From Octopus vulgaris (taxonomy: Eukaryota), in the NCBI GenBank assembly GCA_951406725.2, contig OX597825.1, positions 80,414,001 through 80,478,000 on the forward strand: a DNA stretch of 64,000 nucleotides. Direction: 5' to 3'. The translations under genes were made by a program, and so were the position numbers. Below, piece after piece: positions 12,390-25,704 of this stretch. Under the pieces are notes generated by a model. It worked only from the letters and a program-made list of their open reading frames with translations. It ran no database searches and was not told the origin of the DNA. How positions within the stretch are numbered: position 1 is the first letter of the stretch; each line of letters begins with the position of its first letter.

Positions 12390-12814
12390 GATGATCTCCT
12401 GGGGCTACAAGCTTCAGTAACACCCACCCTTAGTGGTTAGCCATATTGAGATGGCTTGTATACTTTACATTGTCGTGCAGTTACTGTTTACATCTCGTTC
12501 AGAGATTTATTATTGCTCACAGACATCAGTGACGAAAAGTTACTGGAAAAACCATAAATAAGGATTTGCAAACGGTCTTCCTTCGTCGAAAACCGGTGAT
12601 TGTCGTACGCCGAAGACAGGCAAATACCTAGAAACTGCAGTCCGTGCGTATCACTTAGGTTTACGAGAGAGGGATGACCTCCTTTTGCAAATACCATAAG
12701 AGCACAGAAAGTGTGCCTAAAGCCAGCTGGAGACGATGTTCTCCTGGGGCTACAAGCTACAGTAACACCCACCCTTAGTGGTTAGCCATATTGAGATGGC
12801 TAGTATACCTTACA
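12390..12814. repeat. 345-bp unit bounded by 80-bp direct repeats
   Basis: 12390-12469 and 12735-12814 differ at 4 positions by eye. Confidence 0.9.
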
Positions 12815-13102
12815 GTAGATATTTATCAAACACAAACACACAGGCACACACACAGCATCTCTGTATCAGAAGTTCAACTTCTCAAGAAGCGCTGAGCCGT
12901 GTGAGTTATGTCCCTTGCTAAAACACATTTGCCCAGAAAACTTCCAGGACATAATAAATACCATACTTTGATTGCATAGAAGACACATTTTTTCGAATGA
13001 AAATGTCTCGGAAAAATAACCCTGGGTACTATATGCGAAGCTGGACCTATATCACATGCTTTAATGCACTAAAAACCTTTGTCCTTGAATATGCACAAAT
13101 GA

Positions 13103-13480
13103 ATAATAATAATGAAATTATTGTATACAGTGCTCAGGTACACCACAACTTGTCAAAAGTGCGTATTAGGCATATGCAGTAATGTACAAATGTCTGGAAA
13201 GCGAACAATGTATGAGTCAGATACATGCTTGCGTGTGTATGGAGGGGAGGAAATCAGGTGTAGTGTTGGCGAATCTCAGAAAGCATGGAAGTTTTGAAGG
13301 ATGCAGTGCTCTGACAACTAACAACTGATGCCGGCAGTTTGTTCCATGCTTCAGCAACTCTTAGCGTGAAAAAAAAAATTTCCTAAAGTCATGGGAGCTG
13401 TGCTGTTTTCTGACTTTGTAAACATGTCCACGGGTGTTAGATGGGTGGAGTTTGAAAAGGTGCTCAGAGTTATTGTTTGA
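13103..13480 (-). mobile_element. CR1-clade LINE 3' end
   Basis: Minus translation NTRGHVYKVRKQHSSHDFRK..TLRVAEAWNKLPASVVSCQSTASFK (CR1 ORF2 C-terminus), (ATT)n tail. Confidence 0.85.
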
Positions 13481-13559
13481 AATGACAAATGCATCTCTTC
13501 AGCCGTGTGTCTTACGTTGTCAAATACAGCACATCACCTCTCTATGACAAACAATCTCC

Positions 13560-14050
13560 AATCGGCGTTACTTGACGTCTGTTTTCCCATGTTTTCACGG
13601 CTTGAATGGGTCTTTCTCCAGTACAACATCTCACTGCTTGTTGCACTCATCATCTTCGTCTAATTCCAACCTCTTTATCTCTTCATTCCAATCTTTCTTT
13701 GGTTTTTCTTTGCCACAATTTCCTTCTTCTTAGATTGTCTGCCATGGGGCATAAGCGGCATCAGATGTGATGTGCAAGAGAGAAGACTGTGCTGGTATAG
13801 TCATGTGATGCAAATGAACAACGATATCTGCATAAAAAAAGTGCTGATCTCTTAACTATGGCAGGAATCTTTGGATGAGATAGACTTATGGAGATGTGGA
13901 GTGAGGTGGTGAACTATGATCTTCGGTTGTTCAATCTCATGGGGCAGTGACAAGAGACCGAAACATCTGACTATTTGCTGTGCCTGGGAAGACACTCCAG
14001 GCTAAGTGAAATCATATATTTGTGGCCAGAGTTGGAGACACATAAAAGGC
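13560..14050. mobile_element. Two decayed RTE ORF 3' fragments, head to head
   Basis: Plus part ISGIRCDVQERRLCWYSHVM; minus part carries a GKEKPKKDW (GRGRPRK-like) segment. Confidence 0.6.
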
Positions 14051-14077
14051 ATCTGTGCTATACATACATACATACAT

Positions 14078-14842
14078 ATCATCATCAACATCATCATCCT
14101 CGTTTAATGTCCATTTTCCATGGATGGTTTGACTGAGGACTGGAGAGCCAGTGGCTGCACCAGGCTCCAGTCTAACCTGGCAATGTTTCTGCAGCTGGAT
14201 ACCGTTCATAATGTCAACTGCTCCAAGAGTGTAGTGGATGCTTTTACATGCCACCAGCACAAGAGCCAGTCAGTGGGTACTGGCATCAGCCACATTTGGA
14301 TGGTGCTTTTCACATGCCACCAGCACAGAATCCAGTCAGAGGGCACTGGCCACAGCTATGATATTGGTTTTACTTGATTCAACAGGTCTTCTCAAGCACA
14401 TCATATCACCCGATGCATCAGGAGTACTCTTAATGGGCCAGAAATGCATGGTTGTGATCTCACTTTAGTTGCCAGGTCTTCTCAAGCACAGCATATCACC
14501 AAAGGTCTCAGTCACTAGTCATTGCCTCCGTGAGGCTGAAAGTTTGAAGATCATGCTTCACCACCTCATCTCATGTCTTCTTGGGTCTAGCTCTACCGCA
14601 GGTTCCCTCTACAGTTAGAGATCAGCACTTCTTTACACAGCTGTCCTCGTCCATATGCATCACATAACCATACCAGCACAGTCGTCTCTCTTGCACACCA
14701 ATTTGGATGCCTCTTATGCCTAACTTTTCTCTCAGGGTGCTTACACTCTGTTGTGCATGCACACTGGCATTGCATATCCAGCAAAGTATGCTGGCTTCAT
14801 TTCTTTCAAGCCTATGCATGTCTTCAGTATTCATGGCCCATG
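14078..14842 (-). mobile_element. RTE LINE 3' portion (ORF end, 3' UTR, tail)
   Basis: EDMHRLERNEASILCWICNA...ERRLCWYGYVMHMDEDSCVKKC followed by the (GAT)n tail. Confidence 0.9.
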
Positions 14843-15123
14843 TGGGGTATCACCTTTAGTCGAACAAACTGACGCCAGGTCTTATTCTCTGTAAGCCTAG
14901 TACTTATTCTATCAGTTGTTTTTGCCAAAGTACTAAGTTATGGGGGCTGTAAATTCAGACACACAAACACACACATATGACAGGCTTCTTTCAGTTTCCA
15001 TCTACCAAATCCATTCACAAGGCTTTGGTCGGCCTAGGACTAGAGTAGAAGATACTTGTCCAAGGTGCTATGCAGTGGGACTGAACCTGGAACCATGTGG
15101 TTGGTAAGCAATCTCCTGTGCCT
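14843..15123 (-). mobile_element. SINE family A
   Basis: ctttagtcgaacaaactgac...ggcttctttcagtttcc...gggactgaacctggaaccatgtgg. Confidence 0.85.
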
Positions 15124-15131
15124 ATATAAAT

Positions 15132-15162
<31 letters not shown>

Positions 15163-15222
15163 CATACATACATATGTATACACACACATATACACACACA
15201 CACACACACATATATATATACT

Positions 15223-15272
<50 letters not shown>

Positions 15273-15720
15273 CACACATACACACACATATATGTGCATG
15301 TGTGTGTATATGCATATATGTGTGTACATGTGTGCTTGTTTGAGCCTGTGCTCCCTTTTCACCTTCGAGGGAATGTGAAATAAGAGATCCTTTACTTGAG
15401 AAACAGATAAGGGTTGATGACAGGAAGGGCATCCAGCTGTAAAACAATACCTCAAGAATATATATATCCATCTAACCCATGCCGACATGGAAAACACACA
15501 CACACACAAAAAACAAAACCGAATGAGCAAACGCCTCCAGTTTTTATCTCGTCCCATTCCTGCTGTGTCGTTCATGTAACCTTAATATTCTGCAGTTAAT
15601 GGAGCATGTCTACCACATGTTTGAGAACCCTTCACAAACCCTCCCCTTATGACACCCATGCTTTGCCGCCTGGCAATATTATTGCATTTTACGCAACAAC
15701 ACCAGGGACTTGTTTTAGGT

Positions 15721-16365
15721 GAGAGGGAGAAGGAGAGGGAGAGAGAGAGAGGGAGAGATAGGGAAAGAGAAAGAAGGGGGAGAGAGAGAAAGAGGAGGGA
15801 GTGAGAGTGAGAAGAAGAAACAGAGACAGGGAGATACAGAGAGATAAGGAGAGAGAAGAAAAGAGAGAGGGAGATAGGGGAAGAAAGAGATAGAGGAGAG
15901 AACGAGAAAGAGAAAGAGGAGAGAGGAGAGAGACAGAGGGGAAGAGAGAGAGAGGAAAAGAGAGGGAGAGAGCGGGAAGTAAGAGAAAGAGGAGAAAGAG
16001 AGAGCAAGAGGAGAGAGATATAGGGAAAGAGAAAGACAGGGGAAGAGAGATGTAGAGGGAGAGAGAAATGTAGGGGGAGAGAGAGAGAGAAAGAGGAGGG
16101 AGAGAGAGTGAGAGAAAGAAAGAAGCAGAGACAGAGAGAAAGAGGGGGAGAGGGAGAGGGAGGAAAAGAGAGAGGGAGACAGGGGGAAGAAAGAGAAGAG
16201 AGTGAGAAAGAGGATGGAGAGAGAGTGAGAGAAAGAAAGAAAGAGACAGGGAAAGAGAGATGGAGAGAAAGTGGAGGAAGAGAGAGAAGGAGAGAGAGCA
16301 AGAGAGAGAGAGGGAGGTAGGGGAAGAAAGAGAAAGAGGAGAGAGTGAGAAAGGGAGAGAGAGGG
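15721..16365. repeat. ~640-bp polypurine (GA-rich) low-complexity tract
   Basis: Almost only G and A on the plus strand. Confidence 0.95.
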
Positions 16366-17156
16366 ATCCCTTTTGCTGTAAGTTTTCTTACTGAGAATCG
16401 TTTAGAACCCAATTTTGGGGGTTTTGAGTTCCCCTTTGGTGGGTCTAAGATATTTGGGGCCTTGTCGAGATGTTGAACTGTTTTCTTACACTCACACACA
16501 CGTAACAATCAACATATTCACATACACCTTCATACAAGCATATGCACACACACCAACACTCACCTACACCTACCCACATACTCACACACACACACACACA
16601 CACACATATACGTATATGCTTAACAAACACCCACAAACACATACAATCATTTAGTCCACACACACCCAACTACCAACATACTCACAAACACACTCGCACA
16701 TGTATTATACCCACACACACACAAAAACATTCACCCACACACATTCCCACATATGTATACACCGCACCCTAAACATATTCAGTCACACACACTTACATGC
16801 GCACACACATTCAAAGTCACACACACTAACACATGCATGCACACGCACACGCACACCCAGTCACACACACTTACACGCGCACAATCGCTCAGTCACACAC
16901 AATTACACGTGCATACCCATCCACCCATCCACCCACCCACCCACACAGATTGATGAGCGATGTTATTACATTTAGTAAAATTATCAAAGTACCCCATGGG
17001 AGTTCTATAAAAATCAATGAGTACCCCAATCAGGGTATATGCAATGGCAGGGTGGCTGCTGTGAATGTTTGGACACAAAATGTTACTTTTTATTATTTGA
17101 CGAGATATGGTGCCTTGTGGAGATGTGGACCGTTTTCTTACACACACATTCATACA

Positions 17157-17211
<55 letters not shown>

Positions 17212-17435
17212 ACACACACATATTCATACACATATATATAATTATATATCACATTGATATATTAACTGTGATACATTAAGAAACATAAGGAGGCATATGT
17301 GTGTGTGTCTGTGTGTCCCCACTGCTGCTTGACTACTGGTTTTGGTGTAGTTATGTCCTCATGACTTAGCGGTTCAGCAAAGGGGACATATCACATTGAT
17401 ATATCAACTGTGGTGTGATACATTAAGAAGCATAA

Positions 17436-17850
17436 GGAGGTGAGCTGGCAGAATTGTTAGCACGCCGGGTGAAATACTTAGTGGTATTTCGTCTGTCGCT
17501 ACGTTGTGAGTTCAAATTCCGCCGAGGTCAACTTTGCCTTTCATCCTTTCGGGGTCGATTAAATAAGTACCAGTTACGCACTGGGATCGATATAATCGAC
17601 TTAATCCATTTGTCTGTCCTTGTTTGTCCCCTCTGTGATTAGCCCCTTGTGGGTAGTAAAGAAATAGATATTTCGTCTGTCATTACATTCTGAGTTCAAA
17701 TTCCGCCGAGGTCGACTTTGCCTTTCATCCTTTCGGGGTCGATAAATTATGTACCAGTTACGCACTGGTGTCGATATAATCGACTTAATCCGTTTGTCTG
17801 TCCTTGTTTGTCCCCTCTGTGTTTAGCCCCTTGTGGGTAGTAAAGAAATA
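17436..17850 (+). mobile_element. SINE family B with tandemly duplicated 3' body
   Basis: Body repeated at ~17486-17668 and ~17669-17850. Flanked by aagaa(g/a)cataaggagg. Confidence 0.9.
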
Positions 17851-19949
17851 AGAAACATAAGGAGGTGTGTGTCCGTGTCCCGACCACTACTTGACTACTG
17901 GTGCTGGTGTAGTTATGTCTTCATGACTTAGTGGTTCAGCAAAGGGAACCGATAGAATAAGTACCAGGCTTTAAAAAAAAAAAAGAAGTACCAGGGTTGA
18001 TTCATTCGATTAAAAATTCAAAACAGTGCTCTAGCATGGCCAGTCTAATGACTAAGACAAAAGGCAAAGAAAAGGAAAAAGAACCCCCCCCCCCTCTTCC
18101 TACCCCTTTCACAGACATCTGTAATTTTCTGCTTCCATTCTTTGCCCAACTTCAACCACTTCAGTCCAATTCCAGTTCCTCACAGCGTTACCAATTCCTT
18201 GAATTTATTTTTCTTTCACAAATTTTTATGAATCCACTGTTTCGGTCATTCCTACCTGAGCCTTTAATTTAAAATCAATTGAAAGAAACACAGAATATCT
18301 CGACAGAAATATGGTAACAAAAGGGTTAATGTCCATTTTCCATGTTGGAAGTAGCTGGATGGATTGGCAGGACATGGCAAGCTGCAGGTCTGTGCTAAGC
18401 TCCAATGTCAGTTTTGGCATGGTTTCTACAGCTGGATGCCCTTCCTAATGCCAACCACTTTACATGGTGTAGTGGAGGCTTCTTTTTTTTTTGTTTTTGT
18501 GCTACAAGCACTAATGAGGTTGCCAAACATATTGCAAGATAGGGAAAGGATAGGGACAAAGATCTTGCTACTTGGCAGCATTCAAGGGGCAGGAAGGCTT
18601 ATGCCAAAGCTGAGCTTCATGGAGGGACAAACCACATAGAAGATACAGGGGCTACTGTACATAAAATAGGGGTGGCTGAGAATAGAGATGGTAAGAGATG
18701 CCAGTGCAAGAGGATATCTGAGGGGAGAGGAAGATGAGTATAAGAAAGGATTGAGACAGTGGGTCAAAGGAGGGAAGGAAGGAAAGAAGGGGTTCTTTCG
18801 TAAGTATATGGAGGGGAGAGTGAGAGATGGGGGTAGAGGAGAAAGGGTTGATGGGAAATATCTGTGTGGGGAGTGGGGAGAGGGGTAAGGTGAGAGATAG
18901 AAGTGGTTCAAGGACAGATCAAGGTCGGGGTAGGGAGTGATTTGCAAGGTGTAGGGGTGGAAAAAAGGGAGATGTAGGTGCACATAAGGTGATTGGCTGT
19001 AGTGAGTGAGATGTGATGGCATTTATGAGAGGGTGCTGAGAATGAAAGCAGATATGTGAGAGGATTTGATGGAACAGAATGGAATGTGGCAGAGGAGGGG
19101 ACCTCCATAGTGCAGTTCCCACTTACCAAATCCACTGACAAGTCATTGGTCAGCCTGGGGTTAGAGTAAAAGACATTTGCCCAAGGTGCCATGCAGTGGA
19201 ATTGAACCTAGAACCATGTGGTTACAAAACAAGCTTCTTAACTACACTGCTCCTGATTTTTCTTAGAAAAGATCCCATTGCCTTTTGCTAGTTTATTTAC
19301 AGTTTACACTGCTAGTCCCCTTTCCTCTAAAGCTTGTCCTTGAGGCAAAGGGTTTATCTAATCCTTAGGGGTATTAGTTCACATGGTATCAAGACATGTC
19401 CACGTGTTGGTAGCCTGTGTGATAGGTGTCTAGGGACCAGGCTTTCTCTGAGTTCTGCATGTCTTAGCCACAGGACTATCTTCTGTTATTCAACCCCAAA
19501 ACAAGGGCCCTTGACAGGGACTACCACCTTGGGCCAGAGCAGCTCTGGGAGTAGGGGTGACAAAGGGTTAACTCTGTACTCCTCAAAACTCTTATATTTC
19601 TGAAGTGGGGGCCTCCCTATGAAATATGAACTTTAATATGTTACCCAGGTTTAAGAATAAGTATTTTCAGTGGTTTTATTTCACAGCAACACCGAAGAAG
19701 GACCGAAACGATGGGGGCGGGGGGGGGCGGAGAAAGAAAAGCAATAAAAAAACAAACAAACAGTAAAGTAATTGACTCACTCTAAAGTAATCATCTTGAC
19801 AGAAACTGGTTGAATTAGGAAAATATTCTGCAAGTTTCTTTGTCAAAGAAGACTTCCCACTGTTTGTAGCCCTGCAAAAAGAACGTCACAATATTAAACA
19901 ATTAATAAAGGCTCTCTCTCCCTCCCTCTCTCTCTCTCTGTCTCTCTCC

Positions 19950-19990
<41 letters not shown>

Positions 19991-20289
19991 GTGTGTGTGT
20001 ATCTGTCTGTGTCTCTTTCTCTCTGTGTGGCTCACAGCAGTAAAGAAGAATGTTTAGTTTCCATTGAAGATGTGTTCTAATTTCGTTGTTTCTCGGTGGA
20101 AACTGTGTCATTTTATTCACAGAGCTGAGTACTTTTCAAAATGACACTGAAGGTTGCTGTTGTTGCTGTTGCTGTTGGTGGCAGTTGCTGTTGTTGTTTT
20201 TATGTTTTCTAAGCTGGGATGGTTTGGGCATGACTTTCAGTGTCAGTGTTCTATCAGGTACCAACACTTTCAGCTGGGTTTTTATGACA

Positions 20290-20336
20290 TGTAGACAGAC
20301 AGACAGACAGATAAAAATAAGATAAAAAGTTAGATG

Positions 20337-20370
<34 letters not shown>

Positions 20371-20593
20371 TAAAAATAAGATAAAAAGTTAGATGGATAG
20401 ATAGATAGATAGACAGACAGAGAGATAGATAGATAGATAGATAGATAGGTAGGTAGGTAGGTAGGTAGGTAGATAGATAGATAGATAAATAGCTAGACGG
20501 ATAGATAAATAGATAGATGGATAAATAAATAGCTAGACGGATAGATAAATAGGTAGCTAGCTAGTTAGATAGATAGATAGATAGATAGACAGC

Positions 20594-20649
<56 letters not shown>

Positions 20650-20732
20650 TAGATAGACAGACAGACAGACAGATAGATAGATAGATAGATAGATAGATTA
20701 AATAGATAGATCAGATAGATAGATAGATAGAT
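20290..20732. repeat. Compound (GACA)/(GATA)/(GGTA)/(TA) microsatellite
   Basis: Visible tandem tetranucleotides. Confidence 0.95.
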
Positions 20733-20733
20733 A

Positions 20734-21815
20734 TTAGGTCGTCACACATGAAATGTCGCATTTTTAATTACTTGTTATTTCGGTCATTTAACGTCTCAAT
20801 TATGTATATCCTTGCATTTAATCTTGACTATCTTTCTTTCCCAAAAATATTGGTATACAAAATTCGTATTCACAGACCTTATGGAAATGATAACAACCCA
20901 AACAATGTTGAGTGATTTTCTTGTATGAGTACAAACTGGGTCACTCTGCCGCAGTAGCTCTACAAAATATCAAGCAGGACTTTGGTAATAGTTTTGTTGA
21001 CATCAGAACTGTTCAGAGATGGTTCTAAAGATCTTGTTCAGGAGATGATAGCCTCAAAAATGAACCAAGGGGAGGCCAAATCAGTTACTTGGCATGATGG
21101 ATTAAATGCTTTAGTTGAACAAAATCCGAGAACAATGGTCCAAAAACTTTCACCAGAATTCCAAACATTTCACACAACTGTTTCTTGACTCTTGAAAAAA
21201 ATCGGAAAAGTCCAGAAAATAGATGGGTTTGTTCCACATCAACTGAACGAGATTTTAAAAAACAGACGCCTCAAAGTGTGCTTCTTATTGCTTTCTCGAC
21301 TGGAAAAAGAAACATTTTTACATCAAATCATTACATGTGATGAGAAATGGATAGTCTTTGACAACAGCAGGAGACCAGGACTTTGATTAAATGCAGGAGA
21401 GCCACCTAAACACTACCCAAACCCACCATTGCACCCTAAAAAGTTAATGGTCACTGTATGGTGGTTTGCAAAGGGAGTTATTCATTATTCATTTTTGCAA
21501 CAAGGGAAAACTATAACAGCAACATCGTATTGCCAGGAAATTGGTTGCCTGCAAGAGAATTTGAAAAAGAAGCAACGCAGACTGGTGAATAGAGATGACC
21601 CAAGTTTGCTCCACGACAATGCACGTCCTCACACTTACTCAAGCTACAGTACAAAAGTTTTGAGGCCTGAATTACGTGATTTTGCAACATTCTCCCTATT
21701 CCCTTGATATCTCTCCTACTAATCATCACTTATTTAAGCATTTTGAGCTCTTCATAAGCAATAAAACATTCTTAAATATAGAAGAAGTAATTGAAGCATT
21801 CGGACAGTTTTTGGT
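20734..21815 (+). mobile_element. Mariner (DD34D-type) fossil with transposase pseudogene; right end missing
   Basis: TA|ttaggtcgtcacacatgaaatgtc TIR-like start. Broken frames give FVPHQLNE, IITCDEKW, LHDNARPH and PYSLDISPTNHHLF. Confidence 0.92.
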
Positions 21816-22002
21816 ATTAAATCGAGAGAGGAATTAGACTTTTACCCATGTAAGCCATGGCAGGATTTGAACTCAGAACGCAAAGAACCAGGACAAACAT
21901 GGCATTAGATCTAAGCTTCATACTGTTCCACCAATCCACAAAACCTGGATTTAGAAATTTTTTGTTGACCCTTCAAGGATGAAACATAAATAAATAATAA
22001 AT

Positions 22003-22248
22003 AAATGCACCCTTTTTAAAGCCTAGCCAGGCTCATGGGCCCGTTTTCTATGGCGTATGCTTTCCCCAGCTGGACGGGATGCCAGTCCATCACAGCGTTA
22101 CTCATTTTTGCCAGCTGAGTGGACTGGAGCAACATTGAAATGAAGTGTCTTGCTCAAGTACACAACGCATCGCCCGGTCCAGGAATCGAAACCACAATCT
22201 TACGATCATTGTGCTGACACCCTAACCACTAAGCCAGGTGCTTCCACA
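22003..22248 (-). mobile_element. SINE family C variant
   Basis: Reverse complement of tggcttagtggttagg...ggtttcgattcc...ttgagcaagacactt...ccagtccactcagctggcaaaaatgag. Confidence 0.8.
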
Positions 22249-22745
22249 CAGGATGAAACATAAAGTGGGACATTAGTTGGATTTGAACTCACGGAGCACA
22301 GAATCAGAGCAAATGCTTGTGAGGCATTCCGATGCTCAAATGATTCTGTCTGTTCTTGCTACTCGAATGAATAAAAGTTAAAAAATAACCATAAATAACA
22401 AAAAGATCTTACCCACTGATACCAACTGACAAAATATTTTTTCTGTTCATGACTTTTCTGAAGAATCTTCTAGAAAGTTCCTAAAATAAACACAAAAAAC
22501 TTAAAATGGTTTAATGATGATTCATTTCAAGAGATTCTTGTAATGTCTAAGTGTTGACACAAAGGAAAATATGCAGAGATATATTTTGGAAAATTTGGTA
22601 TAATTCCCTGTTACAAAAGAAGAATTTTAGATTTATTAATGTAATTAGTGAAGCAAATGTGTTGTCAGAACCATTATTAAAGTGTTAGATGAAAATGCCA
22701 GTCTCTTGGAGGCTTGGTGAAAGATCATGAGTACCATCTCTGTCT

Positions 22746-22961
22746 TTATTACTCTTTTTACTCTTTTACTCGTTTCAGTCATTTGACTGTGGCCATGCTG
22801 GAGTACCGCCTTTAGTCAAGCAAATCGACTCCAGGACTTATTCTTTGTAAGCCTAGTACTTATTCTATCGGTCTTTCTTGCCGAACCGCTAAGTTATGGG
22901 GACGTAAACACATCACCATCAGTTGTCAAGCGATGTTGGGGGGACAAACACAGACAAACAT

Positions 22962-22996
<35 letters not shown>

Positions 22997-23138
22997 CATA
23001 TACATATATATGACGGGCTTCTTTCAGTTTCCATCTACCAAATCCATTCACAAGGCTTTGGTCGGCCCGAGGCTATAGTGCCACGCAGTGGGAATGAACC
23101 CGGAACCATGTGGTTGGTAAGCAAGCTACTTACCACAC
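22746..23138 (-). mobile_element. SINE family A, near full length
   Basis: Body, internal (TA)(CA) microsatellite and (gagtaaaa)n tail. Confidence 0.9.
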
Positions 23139-23658
23139 GAAGAGTCAGAGTTTATCATGGTAACTTTTTCTATGGCCATCCTGTTGCCAAGTCTAACCAA
23201 GCAAAGTAATATCTCTCCATGACCAGACAACTTTCACATTTTAGCTCAAGGCCAGCAATTTTGAGGGAGTGGATTACATTGACTTCAGTGCAAAACTTTT
23301 ATTCACCTTGAAAGGATGAAAAACAAAGTTGACCTCAGCAGGATTTGAACTCAGAACGTGAAGATGGGTGAAATGGCGCTAAGCATTTTGCCCAGCATGC
23401 TATCGATTCTGCCAGCTGGCCACCTTAGACAAGTTTTTAATATTGAAAACTTGAAATGAACAACACCACTTGTATGGTGGTGATGCTTATTTACAATCAT
23501 GATGGCAAGACAAGGTACACACGAACACACACATTGGGCTTCTTTCAGTTTCTCTTTACCAAACCCATTCACAAGGCATATATATATATATATATATGTA
23601 TGTAACTATGTACAAATATGTACAAGCATGTGTGTTTGTATGTGTGTGTGCATGTATC

Positions 23659-24055
23659 TTTTATCTTTTATCTTTTACTTGTTTCAGTCATTTGACTGCG
23701 GCCATGCTGGAGCACCGCCTTTAATCGAGCAACTCGACCCCAGGACTTATTCTTTTGTAAGCCCAGTACTTATTCTATCGGTCTCTTTTGCCGAACCGCT
23801 AAGTAACGGGGACATAAACACACCAGCATCGGTTGTCAAGCAATGCTAGGGGGACAAACACACACGCATATATATATATATATACATATATACGACGGGC
23901 TTCTTTCAGTTTCCGTCTACCAAATCCACTCACAAGGCTTTGGTCGGCCCGAGGCTATAGTAGAAGACACTTGTCCAAGGTGCCACGCAGTGGGACTGAA
24001 CCCGGAACCATGTGGTTGGTAAATAAGCTACTTACCACACAGCCACTCCTGCGCC
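23659..24055 (-). mobile_element. SINE family A, full length, CpG-intact
   Basis: Complete head ggcgcaggagtggc to tail gaaacaagtaaaagataaaagataaaag. Confidence 0.92.
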
Positions 24056-25476
24056 TATTGTAGAAATATTTATATGTACACACATGCATATATGTACCTA
24101 CATATACCATAATAGACAGACACACATATATGTATGTATAAAGTTTTGCTTGTATTATAAGTTTATTGTCTGATTCCTTTCACAAGTTATAATGCCAGGC
24201 CTTTCCTTGTCATTGATGACTCACGTCTCAGTTATTTAATGAAACCCTAACCCTGTACGTCTAAAATATTAACATGTCTAATGCAATAAATAACAACTTG
24301 CCGACATAAATATACAGTTGGTCTCTTATTCTCTTATTCTGACACGAACGAAGACTTATGTTGCATTTTGCGGAATGTCTCCTTCCATTAACGCATGTCA
24401 TGTGACTTTCCTAGATATTCTGCAAATATTTCAATATTTGTATCTTGGAGCAGAAATGTTTATAGACCGGATTAAATTTCTTACAATGTTTATTTTCATC
24501 CTTTTAATTTACGAGTTCAAATCCTGATCTTTCATTTTTCGATGGGAGGGGCAAAAAAAGAAGTACTAGCTAAATCCTGGTGCTGTTTCTGTTGCTTATA
24601 TTAAATCCTTGTGATAACATTTTTGAGCTTGAATCGTCATCATCATCATCATTTTAACATCCACTTTTCTATGCCTGCATGGGTCAGATGGAATCTGTTG
24701 AGGCAGACTTTCAACATCCAGATGCTCTTGTTGTTGCCAACCCTCAATGGTTCCCAAGTTAATATTTCCCCATGTTAAAGTTGGTTAAAGCTGGCAGAAT
24801 TGTTACCGTGCAGGGCAAAATGCATAGTGACATTTCTTTTGTCCTTACGTTCTGAGTTCAAATCTGCTGGGGTTGACTTAGCCATTCGTCCTTTTGGGGT
24901 CGATAAAATAAGTACCAGTTAAGCACTGGGGTCAATGTAATCGACTTACCCCCACCCCTGAAACTGCTGGCCTTATGCCAGAATTTGAAACCAATATCTC
25001 CCCATTATTTCACAAAAGATTGGAAGTGAAAGACACTGCTTGTATGACAGTGATGCTCATTTACAACAATTATATGATGTCTAGACAAAGAGACACAAAT
25101 ACACACACGCAAGGTAAGCACCATAGATCACATTTCTACTCATGTTTACCATTCACCTCTGTCCTCCATCTCTAACCATCTGTCACTCTTCTTTCACACA
25201 ATCATGACCCTACCCATCCCACCATCCTTCATTCCCTACCCCTGTTCTCTTTTTATCCACCTTCTTGTACCTTGAGGATACACCCTGACATCTCATCTCC
25301 ACAATCCTTTATCCCATTCCAGCTGGGGCAGCCATGTGTCCCCTCTACAGCACGACACCTGTTCCTGCCCCTCTATCCATACTTTACACCTGACACAAAG
25401 CCACCTTCCCCCAATTCTGCACCCCTGTTCGGTTGAGGGATCTTGTCTTGCATATTAATGGTAACTTCACTGGTGC

Positions 25477-25704
25477 AGTGAGCTGACAGAAAGATTTGCA
25501 CGTCAGGCGAAATGCTTAGCGGTATTTCATCTGCCACTACGTTCTGAGTTCAAATTCTGCCGAGGTCGACTTTGCCTTTCATCCTTTCGGAGTTGATAAA
25601 TTAAGTACCAGTTTCGCACTGGGGTCGAAGTAATTGACTTAATCCCTTTGTCTGTCCTTGTTTGTCCCCTCTATGTTTAGCCCCTTGTGGGCAATAAAGA
25701 AATA
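25477..25704 (+). mobile_element. SINE family B inserted into an RTE tail, 17-bp TSD
   Basis: ggtaacttcactggtgc at 25460-25476 and 25705-25721. Confidence 0.9.

Noticed and set aside
15582-16508. 308-aa Leu/Ser/Pro ORF
   Set aside because: Translation of the CT-rich strand of a GA low-complexity tract.
19690-19716. ccgaaga-aggacc-gaaacgat hammerhead-like word
   Set aside because: Altered core, 1-nt stem II loop and no valid NUH triplet.
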